Origin: Podarcis pityusensis
Lineage: Eukaryota
Assembly (NCBI GenBank): GCA_964106645.2
Contig: OZ067039.1
Direction: 5' to 3' (one strand)
DNA: 64,000 bases
A program made the position numbers and the translations under genes. The notes below the pieces were generated by a model. The model made no database searches and was not told the DNA's origin. It worked only from the letters and a program-made list of their open reading frames with translations. Positions 11,355 to 25,438 of this stretch are shown here, piece by piece; the first letter of the stretch is position 1, and every line of letters starts with the position of its first letter.

Positions 11355-13910
11355 TATTAATTGTTGACTTAAGCAGTTCTTCATAGATTCCTCAAACACA
11401 TTTTTTATGTTCTGTAAGATTTGTGGCTATCTATCTTACTGGAGTTACAATTTGGGTATGCAATTACAATTATTGCCCAAGGTTCTGAATTAGCTACAAA
11501 GCGGTCTTGAGGAGAAATTCTCATATGTGATTTGGTATCTTCAAGGTTTGCTGAGGTGAATAGTAAGATCTAAGGCAGCACATTACTAGCTTGGGTTCAA
11601 ACTGTAGCTAAATAAGGACAGGGCTTTGGCAGTAATAGTAAATTCTTACATCACAATTTTAAGTCTACCAATGTACCAATGTACCTCTTTGTACCATCAA
11701 AGCTGGGGCTCTTGAATTATGCTGCTTCCCTCTTCAAATATAGTCCCTCATGCCCCGTACCACACCATTTCCCTGACCTTCAAGAGCAGCTTTTCAGGGC
11801 CATGGGAGAAATGGGAAAGCGATGGGATGGAGAAGAGAGAAAAGCCCTATTTTGTAAGCAGAAACCTGTTTATGCTTCGCTGGATCCATCCTACCATTTC
11901 CCTGGTGGTATATAAGATTGATCCTTACTTTAGAATGAACCTTATCTGAAGAGAGTGGCCTTTCATATAAAGTAATGTGACCTTTAAGCTAGAGAATGTC
12001 TTGAGAACAGTCACAATTGATTAAGAGATGATTTGGGCAATTTTAGAAATAAGTTGTATTATGCACTGCAAAACACCCCCCCCCAACCCAGCAGGTTTAA
12101 AACTATTTCCGTATTTGATCTGCCTTCCCAGTGGTAAAGCTGTGTTGTACAGAACATCTGCCAAAGCTATCAGCAGCGGGGGTTTTTCACTAGGGGACAT
12201 TTTAATGACTAGACATCAGTGATTTGAAGATACATTTATTGCAATCAATGAGGGCAGTCAGCTGTGTAACAGAAGCATTGTCAAAAGGGGTAGGATTGCT
12301 ATTGAAATAAGTGCAGTGCTAAATTTGATTATGCATGTACTTTCAGGCCTAATACAACACTACATTGCTCTCAGATTACTTCCAATATATCTCTGAGGTT
12401 TGAAAGTGGAAATTGTATGAGCCTCTGAATTAGAAATAGTCTCTTTTTATGCATATAGTATTATGTCCATCTATGTTTTTTTTTTACTCTCTTGATCACA
12501 GACAGTAAGGTGCCTAGGTCCAATTACCAGAGTCTCCTGTTGTCTTTCAGTACTGAAGTGGTTTAAACCAAATCAAGGTTTTTCCTTCTCTCCAATAAGT
12601 TTAAAACAACAACTTCCACTTTCCATGGAAAATAAAGAGCAGCACATCTTCTGCACTTGCTAATTATGTTTTAGGTTCCTCATTTCTGATAAATCATATT
12701 GCTCAGTTAACTTGGAGTAAAGGAAGCAGAAATGCTTCATTTTTCTCTTCCCTTCTGTAAAGCCAAAGTTCTGCTGCCAGTAGAACTGGACAAGTTTGCC
12801 CTGCCAAAACCCTGGGGTGTAAATGGTAAGCATCATAGCCCAATCCAGGATATTTTAATTTAAAAATCTGAGGAGTCCTGAGCAGGCATATTTGAAACTC
12901 CTTCCCTCATTTTAATTTAGTAAGACAGCTGGATTTCTCGCAAAGCACAACAATTGAGATTTCACATTGAGCTCAGTCATAAGCTCTGTCAGTGACAGCT
13001 GTGCCAGTTTCTGGGAAGACTGTATTTGGGGGGGCTTTCCAAAGGAACCACAGAAACTAAAACAAACAAGACTTGCTTCCATGTATTCTAAGGATGGTTG
13101 TGGAGATTGGGGGGCAAGTAGAGCCTTCTGAAGCATCTTCTTGCACTTTTTCCTGGCATGGGATTCTATAAGTGATAGGTGTCTACTTGTGACAGGGAAA
13201 TCCATCATATAATAATTTTACTTTTACCTATTCCAACATATGTGTCTATTCAGGAATAAGCCCCAATGAGTTCAGTAGGATTTACTCCCAGATGAGTGTG
13301 TATAGGGTAGTGGATTAGGTGACGTCCAAGTTATACTGCTGGCTTAATAAATAAATAAAAAGGCAACGAGTGAAATACTAACATTTGACAATATTGGGTT
13401 GCCATACTGATCAGTATGTGTTTTAGTTTAAAGGGATGGGGCCAAGAGAGAGAGGTGTGGCTAGAGGAGGAAAAGAAGGGGCCAAGAGCCCCACTGTGCC
13501 CAAGGACCCCTGGAATCCATCCCACAACCACTACTGGCAGCACTAAATGTGTTCGATTGATGTGTATATATCTGTTTATTTCCCCTAAAATACAGAAGAG
13601 AGTGAGAAAAGATGCATGCAATGAGGTGGATATTGTAGCTTTGTTGTTTCCTGCAGGGATGTGGAACCTCAGGCCCAGGAGCCAAATTCAGTTCTTCAAG
13701 CCTCTCTGTCTGGCCCTTCAGTTTGTCCCCATGCCACACACCTCACCAGCCCCTCTTTGCATCCTCCCTGAGTGTCCTTGAACTCTGGTAATGCTCTTGC
13801 TGCCTGGACGGCAGATAGAGCAGGCTTGGGAAATGTGTGTAGAAAAAACCATCCTGAGATCTGTGGATTAAGGGCAGTATACAAATTCAATAATAAAAAG
13901 AGTAGTAGGA

Positions 13911-14160
13911 CAGTCGTACCTTGGATCCCGAAGGCCTTGCGAGTAAAACGTTTTGGTTCCTGAACACCACCAACCCGGAAGTGAGGGTTCTGGTTTGTGA
14001 ACATTATTTGGAACCTGAATGTCCGATGCAACTTCCGCGGCTTCCGATTGACTGCAGGACCTTCCTGCAGCCCATCGGAAGCTGTGCCTTGGTTTCCGAA
14101 CATTTTGGAAGTCGAACGGACTTCTGGAACGGATTCTGCTCAACTTCCGAGATACCACTG
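13911..14160. mobile_element. Tc1/mariner (Tigger/pogo-like) MITE
   Basis: TIRs cagtcgtaccttgg / ccgagataccactg, TA on the right side; sits in an (AGT)n tail. Confidence 0.75.
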
Positions 14161-14565
14161 TAGTAGTAGTAGTAGAATTTGCCTTTTATCTTTTGCTTCT
14201 AGCCCCACCCATCATTGTTATGTGACACCCCCAAGAAGGTTGCCCAGAGCTCCCCACCCCTAATATACTGAAGTCCCCACAGCTATAGGGATTTTTTTTA
14301 CTACATGTTAAAGAAAAGGGACTTCACTTGAATTTGAGCAAAATGCTTTGTTGCTACAGGCTTATAATTGCCAAGTTTGAGGCGCCAAGGCACAATGCAC
14401 CAGGAAATTTTCCTGAAAACCCACTACTGAAATGTATTTCTGTACAGTTCACATTTTTTAGATGGGTCTTGTGCCAGAGAACTTCCTGATGGTTTGTGTT
14501 CCAAAAGTTTACCTGCTCTGTAGGCCCTATTTATTCAGGTTCTTTTCTTTCCTATATCCTTACAG

Positions 14566-14640
14566 TTAGGTATTCATGGATATGCATTCGCAATCACGAA
14601 CAATGGATACATTCTGACTCATCCAGAACTCAGGCCTCTG
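14566..14640 (+). CDS. CACNA2D3: CACNA2D3 internal exon (75 nt, phase 0/0)
   Basis: ccttacag|TTA...CTG|gtaaga; [25 protein letters not shown] (typical alpha2delta Cache motif). Confidence 0.96.
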
Positions 14641-17065
14641 GTAAGATAAAAAATATGTTGTCCGATTTTATACATGCCGAGATAGAGATGTTTACATTTT
14701 CTTCTTCTTCTTAAGATATACAGAATTAAAGAGCAGAGTGTAATGGTTTCACAACGACGACGACTAAAAAGGCTACTATTTAAAAATAAATGCTGCAGAC
14801 ATTTTTTCCCCTAGAAGCTCCAATGCAAATAATAACATAAGCCTTTGGGTGATATAGAAATGCACAGGTTGTATGGTGAGAGACCCAAAACCCCTGTAAG
14901 TGCAAGGCAAAGCCATAAATTGCTGCAATTATGTACACTTACATTAAAGTGGAATTCTGTGTTCCTAAGTAATAGCCCCTATTTGTCATGTTTAAGTGGA
15001 CTCAAATTTCTAAAACTGTGTGGATATTGTATGCAAGCTCCTTCTCTTCTTTATCTTCGCTTGAAGGATTATTCCCCCAATTACTCTTTTTTAAAAAAGT
15101 GAAAATTCATTTCCATTACCCTTTTTGCCTTCTTTTAATTAACCAAAGTCAGAAAGAAGTTTGATGTGCCTGTTATATAAAAGTTTATTGAATGATAGCA
15201 TAGGCTGTAGCTTCATTTTTTTGGTTTTATAGGAACACTTTAAGAGTTTCATCACCATTGAATCTAACTAAAGGAGTGGCATTAGTGAATTCACTATAAT
15301 ATAATATGGATGCCATTTCTCAGGTAGGCACTTAATGTAATTATCAGAATTCAACAATAAATAAGCAGAAAGCAGCAATATATCTCAGAGGAGTATTTGC
15401 ATATTTAAAAAAATCAGGATTATTGTACAGAAGGATTGATGGAGTCATAATTGGAGCTTGCACAAACATTTATCCCTCTAACGTTTGGATTAGGCATTAC
15501 ACTTGGTTAATATTTACATTTGAGTGGTTTTGATGAGAAGATGAAATGAAATTGTCAGAACACCAACATTTTCCTGGCTGTTCCTCCTTCCACTCCCAAG
15601 AAGTTTTGTTTTAAAAAGAGAACAGTGCAAAAAGGCAGTGGAATTACTTTTTTGGTATAAACTGTTTTAAGGGACATTGACAAATTTAGACAAATTATCC
15701 TACCTATAAAATCTGCTTAGTATTTTGGGATGGGAGCAGCAGTGTAAAGCAGGGGGTAGCAGCAGATGTGATGTTAGTCATGCTATTAGCAATTATGTGA
15801 ATTGCTTCTCAAAGTGAATTGCAGGCATGAGCAGAGCAAATCAGGAGCAGGATCCTGGTGTGGGGTGTTCCTGCTGTGGTCTCAGTCTAGATCAGGCCCC
15901 CTGCACTGGCTGATTTCAATGAGAGGGAAGCTCCCTTTTGTTTTAATAGCAAATAGCAGGTGTTGTGACCCCAAATCAGAACTGCAACAGGACACAGTCT
16001 GCCTCTTGTGTCGGCCTCCTGTGCTGGGGCCATAGTCACTCCCAGCACCTGCAATTTGCTTTTAGATTTCAAAACACTCATTTGCTAATTGCTTGAATGG
16101 AGCCTTCCTTAGTTTATCATTCAGTCTTCTAATGGGGTGGGGCTTTGCTTCAGACTCCCCCCCCCCCCCACATGTAGATGGCGGGGGGTCAGAACCAGCA
16201 AGCATAACCTTGTTCTTTCCTGGTGTGATTACAATTGTTCAAGAGAAGAATGGCTGAAACAGTCTTATGCATTTCCTATTTAATTCTCTCTCCCATCCTG
16301 CTCCCGCCCCCCAATACCAACCCATGAGGTAGATCAGCGTTGTTTCCATTTTAAAAATAGGGAACAAATTCTGGGAGGCAGTGGGTTAGTTGCTGTCAGG
16401 GAATCTGTAAAAGGGAATAAGAAACCCAGAATCTCCCAGATCCAACACAGTGGCTGCAACGGATATTGTACAAAGCTAGCCTGGAAGTGGTGGGTTGAAT
16501 CCAGCGCCACATGTGTGAAGTTCCACTCACATAATGATTTCCTCTTATGCATGGAAGGGGCTGCAAGGAAGAGAAGTGTGGTGCTAGCAGAGCAACAGCA
16601 GTGGATGCTCTTCAGTTCTTAGATTAGCTGCTGACTAACTGTCCTTTCCAGCTGGGCACCCTTGGTCAGAATTGTATGCAGAGTGTAAATGTTATGTTCA
16701 GTCGTATATGTAACCCTGCTTCCGGGGGGGGGGGAGGGTACAAGAGACAAACCTGTTTGTGTGCATACATATTGTCTGATGTGTCCCCCACCCCTCAGAA
16801 ACAACAACAACAAATAATTACCATGTACCACTAATATGTGGCCAAGATATAATCAGTACACTTAATCAGTTTGTGAATAACTCTTTAAAATGTCATTTGG
16901 GTAAACAGGATTTCTTACAACCTGTATAGTCTCCTTCCCCACCTTTTCTACATTAACAAGTTATAGAAAATATGGACAAATATCTCACCATGCCTTGTTC
17001 TCAGCAGTGAAATTTAAAAGGAAAACTCCTGGAGAGTTTAATTCTAGTTTATTATTGCTAGGTGG

Positions 17066-17066
<1 letters not shown>

Positions 17067-17096
<30 letters not shown>
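17067..17096. repeat. (AC)n microsatellite
   Basis: Direct reading. Confidence 0.9.
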
Positions 17097-17098
<2 letters not shown>

Positions 17099-17723
17099 AG
17101 CAAATGTTGTTGTTTCACTTAAATATAGTTTTCTGTGAGTATTCAACTTTTGTTCAATTTTATATATTCCTTTGTAGATATATGTAATGCTTTGTAATGT
17201 ATTACAGGAAAATCCACACTCTTTGAAACCAGTTTTGCACTTTAAGAGCATTATAAGAAGAATGTTCTTTTCTGGTTAGTCTAGATCAAGATGAATTCTT
17301 TAGGAAGTAAATCAAAAGTCCTCAGAAAGCTTTGCTAATAACATTGTTAGATGCTATTTAATTTCTGCATACGTAGGAACAAAATGTCAAAAGAGACCAT
17401 TTATAATATTCATGGATTCTTTTAGAAACCTCATGTCCTCCCCAGTTTCCTAGAACTCCCACATCCTATTTTACTGACATTATTTGATGTACTGAACAAA
17501 GTCACACGAGCTGTTTAGAGTGGTCCTAAAGTCTTTCTCATCTCCCTCAATGAGCATTACATAGATGGCTGTGAGCCTATTGTGCCCACCCAGCAAACAC
17601 ACACACAGGATTTCCACTCATACAACTGGATTTCCCCTTCTGCTCCCCCTGCAGGCCCTTGTATGCTCTGTTATGGGAGAACCTTTGGAGCAGATTTTGG
17701 GGGCTATTGGGAGCTCCGAAAGA

Positions 17724-17725
<2 letters not shown>

Positions 17726-17768
<43 letters not shown>
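17726..17768. repeat. (GA)n microsatellite
   Basis: Direct reading; causes the ERERE/SLSLS spurious ORFs. Confidence 0.9.
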
Positions 17769-17772
<4 letters not shown>

Positions 17773-19324
17773 GGGGAAGGGCAGCCCCGTGGTGTTCAGG
17801 GAAGTCCACTCATGAGACATTAGATTTCATCCTATGTGTTTACTAGATCCCATTTTCTTTCATGGCCTGTTTCTATAATGATTCAAAAGGACACGAAAGG
17901 ATTCATTTGTGTAAATATGTATATGCTGCAGGAATACATATCTCATTCAAAAAGAGCATTTGAACCAAAGCCTTTTGTGGACCATTAGTAAACACATAAA
18001 CTCCTGTATGTGCAGCACCCCCCTTATTTTGCTCAGCGGTACGTACCTTTCTGTTCCATTTAAATGAATGGGTATCCTGTTTCTGCAAGGAATCTATGAC
18101 TACACAAAATGCACATACTAATTGTAGAACAGGGATCCAGGAGGATATGCTTTGATATTCCATTTAGTTATGCTCCTAGCTAAAGGACTGTGTAAAGACT
18201 GTGAGATCTGTTCAGTTAGTATTCAAAACAAGTTCTTGGGCTTTCAGAATCCTTTAATCCAGTTGGTGGATCTCAGGATTCTAGTACAAAGTAGGTCCTG
18301 CAAGGCAGATATCTTCCTACATGGCTCTGTGAACTTAAAAGTAACACAAGGGCCCTTACCTTGTCTTCTTCCTCTCTTTAATTATGGGTTCCATAAACTA
18401 GATCTCATGCATTCCTTGTTTAGGAGGGAAATGTGGAATGAATTCCAGCAACAATAAATGATACAAGACAGATTGGCAAATGATGTAATCTTCCTTCCTT
18501 GTTTTTGTTCATGACAGCAGTTTTTTTAATGGGAAAAAGTGGATGTTTCCCTTCCTCACATCACTGCACATCTCTGGCTCATTACCATACACAATCATTC
18601 CAATGGTAAGTGCACAGATAAATAAAACTGTGAGGCCAGGGAGCTCACTACATTATATGCATTCCGTGGGTTTTTAGGGTCCTGATTTTTATTTTTATTT
18701 TAATCTGGATCCTTCAGCATGGTTTCATATCAGCACAGCAATAGAAGGAACTTAAAAGCCATCTCCATTTCCTCACTTATTTGAAGGATATGAACATATA
18801 TCCTGATTAGCTTGTGTATGCTGTGCAGGTCAGAGGTGCTTGTGGGATGAAGAGCAACAATTGCAATGAACTCAAATGATAAACTAATAACCAGTAGTAA
18901 CTAATGATAGAAAATTCCCATTTAATGTTTTATTTATTTTTGGTGGTGTAGTGATTACTGGAATGGTTTGTTACGGTGGGAAAATTGTAAATGTGAATGG
19001 GCCAGAAGTCATTATGTGTATGAAGGAAATTTGCTCTCAGATCATATAAGTTATTGGGACTATGAAGATTTTTAAAAATGACGTGTTAGCCATGCAATAG
19101 GAGGAGGTATTGTGAAATGCATTCCCCTTTGAAGGGGACTAGAAAAACTGGCTAACATGTGTAGTAGGTGTATTATACAAAAAGTCAAGTTAAAGCTCTC
19201 TAACAATTCTTCATTTCAGCCATATTTTGATGGATATGTTTGCTGACTTGAACTTTATAACTGAATCATCTTGTTGAGATTCTGTTTCCTGCCAGGTTTA
19301 CACAAATTAGAAAGGGGGGGCCTG

Positions 19325-19430
19325 TGACCTTGCATAGGTTGTTGGACTACAACTCCCATCATTCGTGCCACTTGGGGCTGATAGGAGTTGGAGCCTAACA
19401 GCAATCTGGAGGGTTCAGCATTCCTGACAT
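19325..19430. mobile_element. Palindromic squamate MITE (gactacaactcccatc family)
   Basis: ggactacaactcccatc...gataggagttggagcc imperfect inverted repeat; related copies near 5440, 25439, 38825 and 48050. Confidence 0.6.
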
Positions 19431-19737
19431 CAATAACACTTTGAATTGTGATCATTGCCAATTAAGTTGACATTCTCTTGATCAAGTCTTCAAGAAGAAA
19501 GCTAGTATTGACCTTCAGAGGAGTGCAGTAAGTTTAAATTAGCCACAGAATCTTCCAAACCCTGTGGATAAACAAAGGTGAGCGTAACTCAAATCATCTG
19601 AGCAGCTTTCCTTATAGATACTTGCGCTGGTGATGAACTATGTAAGATCAGACATTAGATGGCAGCATAGCACTGCCATGTATAATCAACCATTGACATA
19701 GCCTTCACTGGAATCTGAGCAGGCAGAGCCATTATTC

Positions 19738-19766
<29 letters not shown>
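19738..19766. repeat. (AC)n microsatellite
   Basis: Direct reading. Confidence 0.9.
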
Positions 19767-19770
<4 letters not shown>

Positions 19771-20260
19771 TGAATATGTTGTGTTTATGTAAAAAGTGAA
19801 AGTTAAGACTTGTATTGAATGTGTTTCTCTTTACTGCAAAACACAGTATTATTAAAATGCAGAAACAAAGCCCCACTGGCATAAAATCATATATGGCAAC
19901 AAGGAAACAGAAACTCTATATGGTTCACTTTCTGCTACAGCTCTGTTTGGCTGCAGTATAGAAATATTAACAGGAAATGTTTCCACGGTCCAAAGAAGCA
20001 GCCTTGAAAAAATGCATATACTTAAAACGCACAGAGTTTATATATATATATTCTCTTCCACAACGGGAAAGCTAGTAGGCGTCAGAGAGACAAAAAAGGA
20101 AAAACACCAGCCACAATTCAAAACACAATAGTAATGACTCCTCTTGTATTACAGATGAGAATATATAGTAATACTGTGTAATACAGAGCACAGGAAACAT
20201 CCTCAAATTAATTCCATTTGTTCTCATCGTGTGTCTTAAAAACATAAAATTGTGATCTTA

Positions 20261-20264
<4 letters not shown>

Positions 20265-20298
<34 letters not shown>
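20265..20298. repeat. (ACAT)/(AT)n microsatellite
   Basis: Direct reading. Confidence 0.85.
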
Positions 20299-22489
20299 TA
20301 TTTGTAAAAAAAAATACATTCTTAGGTGTGTGCGTACACACACACAGAGACTGTGTTTTGTTACCCTACATCATGATATAGTATCATTCACAGAGACATT
20401 CTCACATGCTGAATGTCAGCTGGGCTCTGAGTCCAGCCACTTCAATCTGTAACTTAGTTTTTCTTTTTAGTGAGTGAAAGTCACTCAGTCACTTCATTGA
20501 CACCTCTAAAATTGTCGAGACTCTTCCTAAAACTTTGAAGAGCATTGCCATCCCCTAGTTCCTCTCCCCCAAGTGATGAAAAAGAAATTGGGCTGAATGA
20601 AGGCTTATAAGGGAGTAACTGCTCTGAGAGACCCAATCAATTTAGAATTTGGGCAGAATAATCCCAGTTTGTGCTGCTCGCTATGGTTAGGAGGTGTCCT
20701 CCTGACAGGCCTCACTGGCAGTGGGCTGCACCACTGCAGAGGCCCTTGCCAAAGGTGGTATTTCAAGCAGCGGTAACCAGCAGTAGGTCCTCAGAGTGAT
20801 TTGGGGGAGAAGTCAGAGCTGGGCTGGCAATGGATCAAAGCAAACACAGTTCCTGGAGAGGAGTCTAATTTTGGACCCCTGAGCTGCAGCAGCCTGAAGC
20901 TGGCAAAGCAAAATAGGTACAGCATCTCTTCCCTCACCTTCTGCCTTAGCCAGCAGGAGCCAACAGCAATGAATCTGCCACTGCACACCCTTGCTCCTGT
21001 TAGAACTGCACCCTTAAAAGCCTACACTATTTGGGCTTTCAGTGCGAGCACATATACACTCAGATTTTCAGTGGTTTTCACAAGCTACCTGGCAAGCTGT
21101 CCTGTGGACCAGCAGTGGTGTTCTGTGCTTGGACCATCCAAAGCTCCTCATCAAGAAATGAGCTGCCTTGCTCTCATCCATAGGAACCTTCTAACCATTC
21201 TTTAACATTTGTTCCATGTAAAGTGCCTTGTTGTGGTAGATGCAATGATGCCAGCTCTATAGCCAAGTTTGCGTACACGATCTTTCTCCTTTGGTTATAG
21301 ATGTTTCAGCCACCACGTATCAGCATGGACATTGCAAGTGGGACAAAATTAGGCCCATACTGTATAAATAACATTGGAAGTGTTTTAAATTAAAATGCCA
21401 ACTACATTCAGGATATTTCTCCTCATACTGTCAAAATTTCTCAATGGACTGAGAAATAAATCCAGCTGAAACAAATGGGACTTAATTCAGATGCATTCTG
21501 ATCCAAATAGTGCGCTAGTATAAATCAGAGGCAATTAAAAGTTTACCGCCTCTGAATATGGAATTTTGGCTCTCATAACTATTGAAATCAGTGCCCCTTT
21601 TCAGTAAAATCTGGTTTCAGTTGAGGTGTAAGTTTCTCAGTTTGCTTATTGGAGTTATACAGCTTTAAACTTATTTCTGAGGGACTATTCGCTCTAATAA
21701 AGTTTAATAGCATGTGTAAATGCTTCCAGTTCTGAGTCGTAGCCAATTTCACATTGATACCGCATTAAGACGTTGGTCTTGAAAAAGCAGTTGATCCGCT
21801 ACTTTCGGGTTGAGGGACCTGCCGCCCTCCCAGTGCGGCTAGTAAAATGGTTCCAAATGGAACAGAATAGTAAATATGAGCATACTCCAATGTTTGACAT
21901 AAACACGATTTGAGAGACAATAAAATATGAACCTTCCTTGGAATGTGTTAAATGTAATCTTGTTGTATAGGATAGATCTCAATATTGTGCTATTACAGAC
22001 ACTCCATCTGTGCAAGCATTTCAGCTTGCCAGGTACAATGATCAGCCCTTTCTTTCCCTACACACAGCTCTGAGGGTTCTCCTGACCCCTCCAGACCCAA
22101 TTTTGGTTGTGCAGCGGAAGAGAAGGAAGCCATTTTGCATAAGTGGAAGCCCTTGCGCAGGCGAAAATGGCTCCAAGAGTATATTTGTAAGAAAGTTGTT
22201 CCCCAAGAGTGTAGCAAGGAAAATTCACCAGTCATTCTTTGGAAATCATTTGAACTTGCTTCCGAGTAAATGTGATTATTGTTGAGAGTTTAGGATTTTG
22301 AACTATTTCTGTAAACTGCTTGAAGTTTTACTAAAATCAAGTCGTATATAAATGTTAACTCCAATCTGTGACTCCAGTACTATTATTGTCCAAGAGCAAA
22401 GTGGTGTGTGTTCTCCCTGCCTCCTTAAATGTATCAAAGGCCTTGGGGATAATAAAGTAACACATTTCAGTTTAATAATTTGGTTTGCC

Positions 22490-23222
22490 AGGGGGATGCA
22501 GGGTGGGGGGGAGACTCCCTGGTCCTGAACAGGATAACTGTTCCCCTGAAAGACCAGGTGCGCAGCCTGGGAGTCATTTTGGACTCACAGCTGTCAATTC
22601 TGTGTCCAGGGCAGCTGTTTACCAGCTCCATCTGGTACGCAGGCTGAGACCCTACCCGCAGACTGTCTCACCCAAGTAGTACATGCCCTGGTTATCTCCT
22701 GCTTGGACTGCTGCAATGCACTCTACATGGGGCTGCCTTTGAAAGTGACTCGGAAGCTAGAACTAATCTTGAATGCAGCAGCTAGACTGGTGACTGGGAG
22801 TGGCCACCGGGACCATATAACACTGGCCCTAAAAGATCTTCACTGGCTGCCAGTATGTTTCTGAGCACAATTCAAAGTGTTGGTGCTGATCTTCAAAGCC
22901 CTAAATGACCTTGGCCCAGTATACCTGATGGAGTGTCTCCACTCCCATCACTCAGCCTGGACACCGAGGTCCTCCTCCAAGGGTCTTCTGATGGTTCCCT
23001 CACTGCAAGAAGCAAAGTAACAGGGAACCAGGCAGAGGGCCTTCTCAGTAGTGACGCCCTCTCTTCAGATGTCAAAGAGGTAATTTTAGAAGACATCTGA
23101 AGGCAGCCATGTATTGGGAAGTTTTTAACGCTTGATGTTTTTATCATGCTTTTAGATATGCTTTAAGCCACCCAAGGTGGCTGGGGAAACCCAGCCAGAT
23201 GGGTGGGGTATAAATAATAAAT

Positions 23223-23267
<45 letters not shown>
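22490..23267 (+). mobile_element. L2 LINE 3' fragment with (AAT)n tail
   Basis: Degenerate ORF2 end HALVISCLDCCNALYMGLPLKVTRKLELILNAAARLVTG...LHWLPV; 3'UTR ending cccagccagatgggtggggtataaat(aat)n. Confidence 0.85.
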
Positions 23268-23269
<2 letters not shown>

Positions 23270-25438
23270 TTATTTGTTATTATTTTACAGCAGGCTGTTG
23301 AACTTTCATTTTCTGAAAAGAACCTCATCAGCTGTTGTACTTTGTTTTCTTTATAGGCACCAATGCTGGATTGAGAAACATCATGGATTAGACACAATTT
23401 AATGTAGGAATGTAATGTTAGCATTATCAAACCATAAGCGAGAAAAATACATTGAGAATCTGCCACAGGGTTTTATCCCCCCCCCCAATAAATGGTATTT
23501 TTAAAAACTGAAATAGAGATTCAAACCACACACTAGGTTTTCCATGCGTTGTTAAGAGCTTCTATAATAGATCATACAAAGACAAGCGGAAAATAGCCCC
23601 CTGCTGCCACTTGCCTCCAGAATCTGGGGTATACTCTTTTTTTCCATTTACATTGGTGCCCACATATGCTAAGAACACGGACACCTGGTCAGTACCCTCT
23701 TTCATCAATTTATCAAAACATTTCATGATGCCCACCAACCTTCACACCTGCATGCCAAAACCCTGTGATTTCAATGAGCAAATCTGCCACTAGGAGCACT
23801 CTAACCCAGAAGCATATAATTGATGAAAGGATATCAGCTCATCGCCAAAGCTAGTTTCTTACTTTTTCAAACATTAGGCCCACTTACTCCATGCTAGCAC
23901 TGCATACAGGCCATCAACACCAGTATATTATCTCTTTTAACAATATGTATTTTCCATCAAGGAAGATCTCCATATTAACAGTTTAGCCAGGTCAGGTACC
24001 ATTTGCACTGAGCTCTCTGCATTTGCCCTGCATGAAAATAATCAGGCAGTTTGCTTCTAGTTCCACTCCTCTTCGATCGCCTATTCTTACGACCACAAGC
24101 ATGTGACAGCTTAACTCGGCTGTTTCTTTGCAGGCGCAGTCGGCCACGTGATCTCACACTTATTTCTAGTCACGTAGGATAGCTCAGTGCAAATGAAACT
24201 TTCCTTTACTTACAGGCAAACTGCAACTCATGTATATAATAAGAACACAAATTCCCAACATTAGTTCAGATATGATGACAGTGTTGGTTTCATTTTTGTA
24301 ATAATCCTATATTCTACAAAATCCTATTTGTTCTTCTTTCAAAAGGAAGTTAACATGAAAAATATTCACAAAATTATAACTGCCCTTATACAATTGTTTT
24401 CATCATTGGCCTTGGTAAAGGAAGTTGTGTATATATATAGGAACGAAAGATAAAAACCTTCCCCTAAATACGATGGCAGTTTTGTACCCAAAGCAAGTTG
24501 CTGCGTTTAAGTTACCGGTAAATGTTAACAGCCACAATGCATTGTATGTAGCAAAAAAGACCCGGTGTATTTAAAGATTGCTAAACCAGTATTAAGGCTT
24601 TCATAGCTGTAAATTCTGGGAAAATTTGTTTCTCCTAATATAGAAAAACAGAGAAATCCAAGTCTCAGAGGAAACATTAATGCCCCACTTAAACGGTGTT
24701 AGCCTTTCATAAGCAGCAAATCTCATTTCTCTCTGGGGAGTCCTGCCTGAAAACTAAGATAACCTACACTTACCCTTGCTTTTTCAGAGACTCCATAAAA
24801 CTCTACAGCTGTAGCTGACAGTGGAATATTTAAATGATTTGAACAGTGTAAATGCCTTGTGTTCATTTAAATAACTGAAGAGTTCAATTACTGGAATGTC
24901 AACAATTATTCCTGTCGGAGTTTACATGTTAAAAAAGAAAGAGCATCTGAATCCCTGTGAGGGCATTAAATTGCTATCTAATTAGCAATCCTAAATTACA
25001 TATATTAAAAAGATAATTAACAGTTTGAATGCCTTGCTGGAGAAACCAGTTGCACATACAAATGAAATGCAAGAAATTTGGTAGTAATATACTTGCAGTT
25101 TACTTTGCTTCTTTACTTTCAACTTTGACGTTAGGTAGAAACAAGCTCACCGAGTTTTAAGTCTGGTAATGTTGAAATGATGGCAGATGGTTTAAATTAT
25201 TTCCACTCTAAGGAGATATAATTATAAGCAGCTGTCAGTTTTACATAATCCTGAATGATAAGGTCTTAAGAATGCAAATTAAATCCTAAATTAAGAGGGT
25301 TTGCCGTGGAAAGAATCAAGTACATGTCACACTACTAATCTGCTTGTATGTGGTTGATCTGATCTGAAGGTATTGTTTACCCAGTCTTTATAGGTACATA
25401 AAGATCTGTGCACTATTTTCTCTGTCATTAATTTAGAC

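Noticed and set aside
17565-17846. ORFs with ERERE/SLSLS repeats
   Set aside because: Translation of a (GA)n microsatellite.
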